Assembly: GCF_011386835.1 (NCBI RefSeq) | Contig: NC_088803.1 | Location: 11,284,001-11,348,000, forward strand | DNA from: Chrysemys picta bellii | Lineage: Eukaryota | DNA length: 64,000 nucleotides | Direction: 5' to 3' | Part shown: positions 1 to 32,348 of the stretch, piece after piece | Layout: each line of letters opens with the position of its first letter | How positions within the stretch are numbered: position 1 is the first letter of the stretch | Position numbers and translations under genes: made by a program | Notes under the pieces: generated by a model | Database searches by the model: none | What the model saw: the letters and a program-made list of their open reading frames with translations, nothing else | What the model was told of the DNA's origin: nothing

Positions 1-44
1 GGGTGGAGCTATTATTGTCAAGTCATGCATGAGGAGTTACCCTA

Positions 45-182
45 TGGCAGTATGGTCTAGTGGGTAGAGTGCCGGAAGGGGACTCAGGAGACCTGGGTTC
101 TATTCACAGGCTTGCTGGATGACCTTGGACAAGTCACTGTCCCACTTTGTGCCTCAGTTTCCCCATCTGTAGAATGGAGATT
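45..182 (+). mobile_element. MIR/CORE-SINE-like element
   Basis: tRNA-like head (TGGTCTAGTGGGTAGAG ... GGGTTCTATT) followed by the CORE-type TGTGCCTCAGTTTCCCCATCTGTAGAATGG. Confidence 0.6.
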
Positions 183-189
183 TGTACAT

Positions 190-520
190 TCCAAGGCCAC
201 AAGGCACCACTGTGGTCATCTAGTCCAAACTCCTTCTCTTGGTTAAGCTAAACAGATTGAGCTCCTTGAGTCACTCACTCTAAGGCAGATTTTCCAATCC
301 TTTAATCATTCTTGTGGCTCTTCTCTGACCCTTTCCCCATGCGTCAACATCTTTCCTGAATTGTGGGGTGCCAGAACTGGACACAGGATCCCAGCAGTGG
401 TTGCACCAGGGCCAAATCCAGGGATAAAATAACCCCTCTACTCCTACTCGAAATTCCCCTTTTTATACATCCCCAGGATAATGATCCCAACCCCTTTTGT
501 CAAGTGTTTTGAGATCTCCA
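190..520 (-). mobile_element. CR1 LINE 3' fragment (degenerate)
   Basis: Reverse strand resembles the CR1 ORF2 3' end and tail (GGACTAGATGACC-like; CCAGAACTGGACACAG on + strand). Boundaries approximate. Confidence 0.55.
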
Positions 521-1178
521 GATGAGAAGAGCTAGATATTATAATTAACCTCACATGGGCTGAGATTTGCAAAGCTGTCAAGGGATTTTAGGCCCCCCAT
601 TTAATTTTAATGGGGATTGGCTGTGCACATCTCTTAGGCACCTTTGAAAATCTCATCTTATCTCTTTGAAAAGCAAAATTCATGCAATTCCTGCAAATCA
701 GGAAACAACAGGATCAAGCAAACTGTGCCATTTATAAAAAAAACTTAATCATCTAGCCCCAGCAGCTGCAAAGATATCCTTAAGTCCCCCACTTTATTAA
801 CACTTCCTGGTCCTCCCTAGGACTGGGAGGACAAAGAACTCTGTGGCTGAGATTTGGACCCTTCTGGTTTGGTGTAATGGGAATGAGTTGTCCAGCTCCC
901 CTAGGTGGCTTAAAAACGCCTGCCCATGAGCTTGACTTACGCCCACAGAGACAGCCTGGAATGATAGCCTTGCCTCCATTCATCTCAGCCAGGCCGTTAA
1001 CTCTGAACCCTACTGGTGACAAATTAAATATCAGCACTTAATTCCACTTTAGTGGCCACCAAGGCAGTGTAAACATTCCCACCTACCCCCACGGGCAGTA
1101 AGCCACAGCTTACCCCTCTTTGGGAATTCCCCAGGAGGCAACAACTTTGAAATTGAGGGTCAAGAAGCAGGCACTTAC

Positions 1179-1697
1179 CCTAGGTCACAGTGCGCAGCCG
1201 TCAGCACAAAGTCCTTTTGGATCAGGAATCCTCCACACCTTTTGTGCCCATGCTTCATGCTGATGTTGAGGAAAGCCATGTAGGGTTTGGAGTGAGACCG
1301 GGCTTCCTTTCCCCCAGTGATCCACCCTGGCGGAGATATCCTCACATCAGGATAGGTTTAAGGTCAGCCTCTGGGCAGGTTAGCTTGACTCACGAACAAC
1401 GCACACCTCTGTGTCCATGTGGACACAGGCCCTGCATCTCCCCCTGTGGCTAAGCAACTTTAGCAATGGCACCAACTTGGGCCCAGCCTTCTCCAATCCA
1501 TGGCATCCCACCTGAGTCCTAGGGTGAGCACAACGCCCAAGGCGGAAGTGTCTGACTCTGGGGAGGAGCCAGGATGTGCTAACAGCCACAACAGCACTGA
1601 ACGGGTCCCGATTCCCCCCGTACTCACCAGCCAGAGCCCCACGAGGCAGGAAAAAAGCCATGGGGAGCAGGAGAAGAAACTGCATTATCAGAGCCAT
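1179..1697 (-). CDS. Granzyme / mast-cell-protease / cathepsin G-like serine protease (S1A), exons 1-2 only; remainder not in window
   Basis: Exon 1 1697(or 1685)-1628 encodes signal peptide [23 protein letters not shown]+G with a phase-1 GTGAGT donor. Intron 1627-1327. Exon 2 1326-1179 (148 nt, CCAG acceptor, GTAAGT donor) encodes [50 protein letters not shown], containing the IIGG-like N-terminus, the PHSRPYMA-like motif and catalytic His in LTAAHC. No stops. Confidence 0.87.
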
Positions 1698-1737
1698 CTG
1701 GGGAAGGGGATGGTGCATCTGCCTCAGCCCTAGGTGA

Positions 1738-1743
1738 TTTATA
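1738..1743 (-). promoter_or_regulatory. TATA box of the protease gene
   Basis: TATAAA on the - strand about 40 nt upstream of ATG 1697. Confidence 0.6.
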
Positions 1744-2289
1744 GACCCAGCAGGAAACCTGCAGGTCACGTATACGCACTCATCTGAGTGGCAGGTTCAG
1801 ACTCTGTTCAACCACAGCTGACCTCACAGGCTGCGGGGAAAGACAGGCCGTGCATCAGCCCAGCAACTGGGTGCCTGCACAGCTGGATGGATGATGGACA
1901 GAGAAGACCCCGGTGGGGGGATGTGTCCTGCAGGATCCAGGGTTGCTCCGGGTGCTGGCTCACAGCTGGGCACATCTGGGGCTCTTACTCATCTGGGCCC
2001 ATCATCGCTCAGCTCCCTGCCCGTGTCTCTGTGCTGGGGGCCGTGTGTGACAGCAACTGCTCTGGGTGGTGGGTGGGAACATGGTCTTTTGATCTTTCTC
2101 AGGGTGGCCCAGCTGTGAGCAGGGTGGGAAGACAAACCATGGGCCTCGATCACAGCAACTGCGGCAGGAGGGTTTCTGAGAAGCCCACCGGTGAATCTGT
2201 GACCACACGAAGGGGATGTGGCAGCCTCTGTGACACCCTATAGCTGGGAGCTATGACTATGCAGCAACAGAGGAGAAATGACACAGCAG

Positions 2290-2460
2290 AGCCAGGCACA
2301 GAACCCAGGAGTCCTGGCTCCCAGATCTCCCCCTTCCCCCCCCCCCCCCCGCTCTAACCACTAGATGCTACTCCCATCCCAGAGCCAGGAGAGAACCCAG
2401 GAGTCCTGACTCCCAGGCGTCCCTGCTCCAACCACTAGACCCCACCCCCCTCCCAGTGCT
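2290..2460 (-). mobile_element. tRNA-derived SINE-like repeat (two units) of a family abundant in this window
   Basis: Reverse strand reads ...GGTCTAGTGGTTAGAGC...GGGAGCCAGGACTCCTGGGTTCT (A-box/B-box-like). The same unit recurs near 9.3, 9.9, 15.4, 19.0, 19.5, 20.9, 21.8, 61.1 and 62.2 kb. Confidence 0.55.
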
Positions 2461-2779
2461 CCCTGCTGTTGGGACGGGATGCCTGGTGTTATGTGGAGCT
2501 GGACCAGGGGGCACAGATGCACCCATCCCCCGATCCCTTCCCTTTGCCTCCCCTTGTGCAGGGGATCATGGTGGTGTCTCTGCTCTGAAAGGTTCATATT
2601 GTCATGGGTGGGGTTGGGTGGGAGAATTATAGACACTACATGGACAGCCTCATGCCCCCGTCCCCCATACACACAGCCCGAGAACCTGCCCAGGCCGCCA
2701 GATGTCTTCTAACAACCCTGTGTTAGTGGCCCTCACACCCCATTAATGCCCTCACCATCCCGCCCTCCTCTGTGACTCT

Positions 2780-3020
2780 TCCCGCACGCCCCTTTAACTC
2801 CTGCCAGCCTCCCCGTCAACCCCCTCACATTCCCACCCAATGCCCTGAAAATCCTCCATACTCCCCTTTAATCCCCCAACCTCCCCTTTAATTCTCTGAG
2901 CATTCCCCTTTAATTCCCACACTACTCCCCTTTAACACCAACCTCCCCTTTAATTCCCCCAGTACTCCCCTTTATTCCCCCCCAGAATTCCTCTTTAGCT
3001 CCCCCAACCTCCCCTTTAAG
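2780..3020. repeat. Degenerate ~22-nt C/T-rich tandem repeat (CTCCCCTTTAA core)
   Basis: About 9-10 recurrences of CCCCTTTA(A) spaced 20-25 nt apart. Confidence 0.75.
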
Positions 3021-3059
3021 GCCCGCGGGCTGGGGCCGGAGCGGTTCTAAGTTCCCCAG

Positions 3060-3201
3060 CCTCACTCTGGCCAGGCAGCCCCACCCCTGGGGGAGGAGGA
3101 GCGGCCTCTGCCCCGGCGACAGGAAGTGACGTACAGTACAGAGGCGGAAGTCGCTTTCTGTGATCGGAAATTAGCTGTTTCCAAGGGGGGCGTCGGGTTG
3201 G
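3060..3201 (+). promoter_or_regulatory. EMC4: EMC4 CpG promoter and probable non-coding first exon
   Basis: CAGGAAGTGACGT (overlapping ETS/CRE-like) at ~3120, GCGGAAGT at ~3144, donor TGG|GTGAGA at 3202, and CTGCAG acceptor at 3636 just before ATG 3643. Confidence 0.55.
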
Positions 3202-3214
3202 GTGAGAGTGTCCA

Positions 3215-3600
3215 GGGGTCAGGACGCCTGGGTCCCCTGCTCGGGGGGAGGGGTCAGGACGCCTGGGTTCCCTGCTCGGGGGGAGGGGTCAGGACGCCTG
3301 GGTCCCCTGCTCGGGAGGAGGGGGCTAGGCTACCTTGGTTTTCGGGGGGGTCAGGACGCCTGGGTTCCCGGGGGTCTGGGCTCCGGGGGGGGGGGGGGGG
3401 CGGGGGCGGGCAGAACGCCTGAGTTCCCGGGGGGAGGATGTCTGGGCTCCGGGGGAGGGAGGGGGCGGGCAGGGCGCCTGGGTTCCCGGGGGTCTGGGCT
3501 CCGGGGGAGGGAGGGGGCGAGCAGGACGCCTGGGTTCCCGGGGGGAGGATGTCTGGGCTCCGGGGGAGGGAGGGAGGGGGCGGGCAGGATGCCTGGGTTC
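3215..3600. repeat. G-rich tandem repeat in the EMC4 5' intron
   Basis: Repeated CAGGACGCCTGGGTTCCC(G)n / TCTGGGCTCCGGGGG units. Confidence 0.7.
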
Positions 3601-3642
3601 CCTGCGACTCGGTCTCTGTCTCTCCCCTGGCTGCAGGCGGAG

Positions 3643-5198
<1,556 letters not shown>

Positions 5199-5342
5199 CC
5201 AACGCCCCTTGCCCCTGGAGTGATTGCAGGTTTTCCAGGAGGACCTGGAGTCTCTACAGCTCCTGTTGGGCTTTGAGCCCCACCACCCTCTTCTAGCCTT
5301 CCCCCTCCTCGGGCGGGGCGGGAGGAAGGGAAGAGGTGGATA

Positions 5343-5348
5343 AATAAA
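5343..5348 (+). terminator. EMC4 polyadenylation signal (proximal); second AATAAA at 5565-5570
   Basis: AATAAA 145 nt after the stop, followed by GT-rich sequence. Confidence 0.7.
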
Positions 5349-5479
5349 GCTGCTGTGCAGAGGTGCCTCCACTGCCTGCTGTGGGGGGTGGGAGGCAGAG
5401 TACACGCAAAAAGCACAATCTGAATCTTCCCTTCCATGTGCAAGTTCCAGCCCCCACAGCTACACTTAATGTATAAAAT

Positions 5480-5485
5480 TTTATT
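5480..5485 (-). terminator. SLC12A6 polyadenylation signal
   Basis: TTTATT on + (AATAAA on -), about 880 nt after the stop at 6365. Confidence 0.7.
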
Positions 5486-6364
5486 CTTTACACATTTCTG
5501 GTACAGAGCAAAAAAAAAATCCCTTCTTCCCCCCCCCAATACTGTAAACTGGGGCTTGACCCCCAATAAATTAAAAGCCCCCCTCTCCCCAAAGATCAAG
5601 TAGTAGGTGCCAGGCCCTGCCTTCCAATTGAAGCTATAGGGGGAGAGGAGATTGGATTTGCCTGTTTCAAGACTGCCCTGGGGGTCAGTGGCTCCAGAAA
5701 CCGCTTGTCCAGCCTGCCATGATTAGTGCTGAGACAACAGCAGCCAGGGGGAGGGAAGGGGGAAACTTATGTCCCTACCCTCTCATGATCCAGCAACCCC
5801 ACCCCCCAAGCAGCCCTATGGCTATGGGGCAGGAGTGAATGTGAAATAAAAAGTTAAGCCACAAGTGTGATGAGTTGGTGGTTTCTTCTGGTTCTCAACC
5901 CCACTCTGGCCCCTGCAAGGGGCATCCCAGCCATTAGGCCTAGGAAGTTGGATCAGTGACTGGCACTGGCCTGCCCTGCCCCGAACAGGCCCCATTACAG
6001 CAACCATGCTGATTGCACCCAAAAGGGGGGGAGAAGGGAGGAGGCCCACAACCCCCCTGCACCCTTCCACAGCAGCTGAAAAGGGAAAGGAAGCAAAGCA
6101 GCTTTGGCACTGCGTGGTGACGGGCATCATGGGAAATCTCTCCCATCCCTGCTTTGTGAGGGTTGCCCCATGGTGACCCGGCCCTGTTGGGTCTAATACC
6201 ACAGTCCCTTTGGTGCCACCCCCTTTCTTGCCCTGTAGGAGTAGAGAGGTGGGGTAACTGCTGCATGGAGGTGTGCCCTTGGTGAATTTTGGCATGCCTC
6301 TTCCCCCCAGCCTGTCTAGAGGGCAGCAGTGGAATGAAGTGGCAGAGGCCAGTGGAGGGGCACT

Positions 6365-26650
<20,286 letters not shown>

Positions 26651-26999
26651 GCGTGCGTGGAGAAATGTAAACTTCCTGGAAGCTTTAAATTCTAATAATC
26701 CAGAAACAATAACAAATAGAAGGGAAACGATAATTTAGGAGGGTAACGGAATGAGTGGGGTAACAGCAGGCTCCACCACCAAGTGGATTCATGTCTAGGG
26801 TGGAGTCTCAGCGGTCTGGTGCGATGTGGTGCCCAGACATCCAGTGGTTATCAAGTGAGTTTTCCACAGGTGTGGCTAAAGGTGGAGCACGGGAGGTGAC
26901 CCATGGTTTAACGTGCAAATATTTCACAGCTGCCTGATTTAGTCAACAATTTGTTTGTCGGAGGCCCTAGCCCGAGGCTTTGGCATGCAGACAATCCTT

Positions 27000-28550
27000 G
27001 GAGAAGTGCACTGCAGGGCCAGTATGTGCAAGGAGAATGTCTCACAAGTCCTGGGGCAAGCACTTGTTTGCCAATATCCTGCAGGGAAGGTGGTTCGAGG
27101 AAGGGGTCTGTTGGTTATGGAAATGAGACAGTGCAAGGAGGCAAAAGAATTTTACAAGGTCCTAGTGCAACGATGGGGGCAGAAGAGAACACGAGATCCA
27201 GGTGCGAGGAGGAGAATTACCCACCGGTTTCTGGTGTAATGTGCAAGGAAAGCAAGTATCCTAAAGAGTTCTGCTGCAAATATCCCACGTGATCCTGGTG
27301 CAACAAGAAGGTGAAATAGCTCAAGGGTCCTGGTGCAGGATGGCAGCTATTCTACACGGTTCTGGTACAAGAAGGTGGAGTATCTTAGTCCAAAGAGATG
27401 ATTATTGCACAGAGTCCTGGTGCAAGGACATATGAAACTATTCCTTGAGGTCCTGGTAGGGTTATGGTGCAAAAACGTACAACTTTTCAACAGGGTCCTG
27501 GGGTGAGAAGACAACTATTAAATGTCAGCCTAGTGCAAGGACACACAATAGCACAAGGCAATATGGCTATTCCAGAGGACCCTAGGGCAAGGGCCCACAA
27601 ACTCCCTAGAGGATCCTGATGAAACTCACATGAAGGCATGCAGTCATGCAAGGGTGAGAAAATCCCACATGTGAACATGTGAAGCCCCCATGTAGTCCAC
27701 ATACAGGGGATATAATTATGCAAGGGCATACATATCACCAATGTGTCAATGAGGCAAGGGCATGCAAACCCACTGCAGGACAGGGATGATGGTGCAAAAC
27801 CTCCAGTATGCTGGGGCAGCAATAGAGTGAGGGATATACAAAATCCTAGTGAGTGGGATTATTGTGCTCAATCCCCAAAAAGGAGGAATGATGGTGCAAG
27901 GAATGTTTAAAACCCTTATGAATAAATCACTGGTGAAAGGTCATTCTTGAGTTCTGTGAAGAAAACAATGGTGCAAGGGATGTGGGTCTCTCAAGTCACT
28001 ATTGGAAGGGTTGTGTGAACCCCATAAGTGGAATCAATGGGTGCAGAAATCAGGCAAGCTCCCTATGAATTGGTGCCAGGGCGTGCAAAAGTCTCACGGG
28101 GGGGAAAGAGGAACCAGTGGTGCAAAGGCACGAGACCCCTATGAACAGGTCCATAGTGTGAGGGTGTGCAAAAGCCCTGTGAGGGAGCAATGGTGCAAGG
28201 GACACACAAGCCACATGTAGGGGAACCAGTGGTGCAAGGGGTATGCAAGAGCCCCCTGTGCAGATCATTGATGCGAAGGCTGCACAAGAGCCCTGTGAGG
28301 GGGGAGATGGTGCAAGTGACATACAAGCCACATATGGGGAAGTGATTGTGCAAGGGGTGTGCAAGAGCTTCACACACAGGTCATCGGTGCAAGGAGCATG
28401 CAAGAGCCTTGTGAGGGAGCAATGGTGTAATGGGTGTGCAAATCACATATGGGGACCGGATGGTGCAAGGGATGTGTGAGAGCCCCATGATGGTGCAATA
28501 AGGGGAGGGACCTGCAAGAGTCAGTGGTGCAAGGGGTTGTACAAGACCTC
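27000..28550. repeat. Highly degenerate satellite-like tract with TGGTGCAAGG core
   Basis: More than 25 recurrences of GGTGCAA(G)G at 35-45 nt spacing, clearest at 28000-28550. Confidence 0.55.
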
Positions 28551-28559
28551 CCCCGAGGG

Positions 28560-29000
28560 CGGGGCGATGGTGTGAGGAGTCCCACACTGCCCACTTATTT
28601 ATGGGGGGCTCACACTGCGCGTGCGCAGCAGCCCCCCGCCCCGCGGCGCCCCCTCGCCCGAAAGCGCGGGAAAAGCCCCGGGCAGCCGTTGTTTACCTCT
28701 AGTGCGCGCCGGCCTCAGCTCCACAGCGTTCCACAGGCTCCCCGCGCGCCGGGGCTGCAGCTCCTGCTGCCGCTCGCGCTGTCAGCTGCCGGCTTCACTA
28801 GAGGAGGGGATGGTTCGGAGGAAGCGCGCTTCCCCCACCCCTTTTTCGGCACATGCGCAGACCCGGAGAGTTAAGGCTATTGCCGGGCTTCAGTCTAGTT
28901 CTTTATGGGCGGGGGAGGAGCGGGGTCAGAGGTCATGAGTGGAGGGGGAATACCGTAGCCCGAGGACTGCTGGGAGTCGTAGTTTTCTGAAGGGAGGGGG
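28560..29000 (-). promoter_or_regulatory. SLC12A6: SLC12A6 CpG-island promoter with probable non-coding first exon (~28870-28697)
   Basis: CpG-dense; donor GAG|GTAAAC at 28696 on -; candidate acceptor TTATTAG at 26692 upstream of ATG 26650; ZNF143-like AACTACGACTCCCAGCA at ~28985-28968. Confidence 0.55.
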
Positions 29001-30109
29001 CGGGCTAGGGGCAATGACAAATGTGGAAGGGGCATTAAGGGTCAGGATTAATGGGGGGCAAATGTGGGGGGCATTTGGAGGCACAGCAGAGGGGCAAATA
29101 TGGGGAGGGGCAAATTCAGGGGGTGGGCATTACAAGGGCAAATGTGGGGGGAAGGGGTATTTGAGGCATTAGGGGCTGAGGCAAATTAGAGGAGGGGGCA
29201 TTTGAGGGATAAGGAAAGGCAAATACAGGAGGGGAGTGAGGGGCAGTGGGAGAGTTGGGGTAACTGTGCAGAAGGAGCGATTTGGGGGACAGAGGAGGGG
29301 AAGGGCAAACGTGGGGGGCTTTAGGGAGCTGGCAGTCTCTGGGGAGAGATGGGGGAGAAGGGTGTGGGGGGAGGGGTAGTTGGGGGTCACCCCAACTTCC
29401 TGCCTCCAGCCTGACAGGGTTTTGATGCCCCCCAACCCCCAGAGGAGGGTGGGAGTGGTGCCCCCACCCCCGTGATCTCTCCAGAGATCAGGCTGCCGTT
29501 GATGTGAGCTGTCCCATGAGGGGCCCCAGGCTGAGCCCCTTCCTGCTCATGCCAAGGATGGATGCCACCCTCACTCCTCTTCCGGCAGGAGCCGGACTGG
29601 CACAGCTCACAGGGCCCCTGCCACGCCACCTCCACTGCTGGCGCTTGCCGAGGGGCCCGAGGCAGCGAACCCGCCGCCAACAGCTCCAGCTGGCCATCAA
29701 AGGGTGTCCTGGGGCCCTGTGCAAGGCACTGCAAGGAGCACAGCTCCTGCCAGCCCCGATCCCCCCCACCCCACACAGCTCTGCCGTGCCCCACTCCTGA
29801 CCCACAGATCCCTGGGATTTCCCCACCTCAGCTCTGCTGGTGCTACTCACTCCCAACCTGCAGCCCCTTACTATCCCAGCCCTGGGCTTTCCCCCACAGC
29901 TCCGCAGCCTTCTGGTGCCAGGTATGGCGCCGGGACCGAGGTGCTGCCCCTTTATTCTCTGCCAAGCCCTGGGCCCGTCGACGCTGCCTCTGAAATGGGC
30001 AGAGCTGGCCCAGGGCCAGAGGGAGCAGACGAAGCATGTGGGACATGTCCAGTTGCGTTCCCTGCACTGGGAAGAGGAGCGGGGTCTCCTGGCCAGCTCA
30101 GGGGGCTGG

Positions 30110-30575
30110 GAACCAGGCTCCTAGGTTCTCTCTCCATTCGGGCAGCAGATCAAGCAGCGCTTTCCATGCTCGCTCCTACTCCATCCTATGCCCTGCCATA
30201 CATTAATCTGCCGTGTCACCAGCAACCAGGACTTGTTTTTAAACCCTCCTACTGCCGGATTTGTGCTCTGCCCGAAATGCCCATCTCCATTTATGCCAGG
30301 CAGATGCTGTCCCCTGCAGGAGGCCATCATTCCCCAAAAGATGTGGGACATGGAGATGAATTTACTTCTCTCTCCACAATTTAAATAAGCCGAGCCAGAA
30401 AGCCTATCCAAATCCCCCCTCAGCCTCCCCTTCCAGCAAGCCTGTAGCGTTCCCCATAGATCCCCCCGGTAGTGGTCCCACAGTCCAGCCACCTTGCCCC
30501 AAACCAGCCCCTCACCCTGCCAGTCCCTCTCCTGTTTCAAATTTGCTTGCACACGCTGCCAGTCTCTATAATCCT
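30110..30575 (-). mobile_element. CR1 LINE reverse-transcriptase fragment, interrupted by a solo LTR
   Basis: - strand translation ...RLRGDLDRLSGSAYLN...GFKNKSWLLVTRQINV resembles the CR1 RT C-terminal region (LQxDLDxL...); continues briefly after 31403. Confidence 0.65.
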
Positions 30576-31398
30576 TGTCATAACTATAAAGGGAAGGGCT
30601 ATAGCCCTCCTGTGTACAATACTATAAAATCCCTCCTGGCCAAAGACTCCAAAATCCTTTTACCTGTAAAGGGTTAAGAAGCTCAGGTAACCTGGCTGAC
30701 ACCTGACCCAGAGGGCCAATAAGGGGACAAGATACTTTCAAATCTTGGTGGGGGGAAGGCTTTTGTTTGTGTTGTTTTGGGGGTTGTTCGCTCTTGGAAC
30801 TAAGAGGGACCAGACATCAATCCATGCTCTCCAAATCTTTCTGAACAAGTCTCTCATATTTCAAACTTGTAAGTACAGCCAGGCAAGGCGTGCTAGTTTT
30901 ATCTTTGTTTTCTCAACTTGAAAAATGTATCTTTTGCTAGGGTGTTTACTTCTGTTTGCTGTAACTTTGAACCTAAGGCGGGGGGGGGGGGGGGGTTCCT
31001 CTGGGCTCTTTAAGTTTGATTACCCTGTAAAGTTATTTTCCATCCTGATTTCACAGAGATGATTTTTACCTTTTTCTTTAATGAAAAGCCTTCTTTTTAA
31101 GAACCTGATTGATTTTCCCTGTTTTTTAGATCCAAGGAGGTTGGATCTTGATCCACCAGGAGTTGGTGGGAGAGAGATGGGGGGATGGTTAATTTCTCCT
31201 TGTTTTAAGATCCAAGGGGTTTGGATCTGTATTCACCAGGGAATGAGTGAAGAGTCTCTCAAGGCTACCCAGGGAAGGGAATTAGCATCGAGAGTGGTGG
31301 CAGCAGACCAAATCTAAGCTGGTAGTTAAGCTTAGAAGTTTTCATGCAGGCCCCCACATCTGTACCTTAAAGTTCAGAGTGGGGAAGGAGCCTTGACA
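30576..31398. mobile_element. Solo LTR (823 bp, Gypsy-like)
   Basis: Termini TGTCA...TGACA; perfect 5-bp TSD ATCCT at 30571-30575 and 31399-31403. Confidence 0.85.
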
Positions 31399-31447
31399 AT
31401 CCTTAAGGCCAAGATCAGCGCTTCCTACAGAGGGTGATTGTCTAGTA

Positions 31448-31838
31448 CAGTGGTTCTCAACCAGGGGTACACAAAGGTCTTCCAGGGGGTACATCAACTC
31501 ATCTAGATATTTGCCTCATTGTACAACAGGCTACATAAAAAGCACTAGCGAAGTCAGTACAAACTAAAATTTCATACAGATAATGACTTGTTCATACTGC
31601 TCTATATACTATACACTGAAACGTAAGTACAATATTTATATTCCAAATGATCTATATTATAATGATATGGTAAAAATGAGGAAGTAAGCAATTAGTCAGT
31701 ACTAGTGTGCTAGGACACTCTTGTATTTTTATGTATGATTTTATAAGTAAGTAGGTTTCAAGTGAGGTGTAACTTGGGGGGTACGCAAGACAAATCAGAC
31801 TACTTTCCAAAGTAGTCTGGAAAGGTTGAGAACCACTG
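31448..31838. mobile_element. hAT (Charlie-like) MITE
   Basis: TIR CAGTGGTTCTCAACC / GGTTGAGAACCACTG; 8-bp TSD GTCTAGTA / GTCTAGTC. Confidence 0.85.
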
Positions 31839-32182
31839 GTCTAGTCCAACTGGTGACACAGGCAGAATTAATTCCTGCTTGACCTAGAGCATATCTGCTG
31901 TGAAAAACAACCCTCTCTCCCTATAAAGTTCGCCAGAGTCGGAAAGTCAACCCCCTCTGCCCCACACCTTCCCCTACAGGCCCACCCATGGCTAAACACA
32001 GCAGAAATCCCCTAGCATGAAACTGAGCAGCCCAGCATCACCACTAGGCAGGTTTTTTAGGAATTATTTTGGGAGCGTTCCCCAGCCTGTGTTACCCGGA
32101 AGGCCAGAATAGACGATCTCTTCTGGCCTTGAAATCTAGGGTCTCTGATCAAAACCTGACAGATGATGTGGGATCAAGACAA

Positions 32183-32188
32183 TTTATT
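32183..32188 (-). terminator. NOP10 polyadenylation signal
   Basis: AATAAA on -, about 160 nt after the stop. Confidence 0.7.
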
Positions 32189-32348
32189 TGCACCCCAGAG
32201 GAACAGCATATCCAGTTGGAGCTCGATATGAGCAATCTAACCCGGGTTTTCGCAGAGCACGGGGTCTGTGGGAGCCAGGGGCTGGATTCAGGGAGCAGCT
32301 AGACCCCATCTCAGTTCAGCCGCAGATCCAGTAAGCTGGGCGCTCGGC

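Noticed and set aside
1-1178. Exon 3 of the serine protease
   Set aside because: Candidate acceptors on - (near 847, 738, 691) give stops or no LGAH/DIMLL motif, and the rest is SINE/CR1 sequence.
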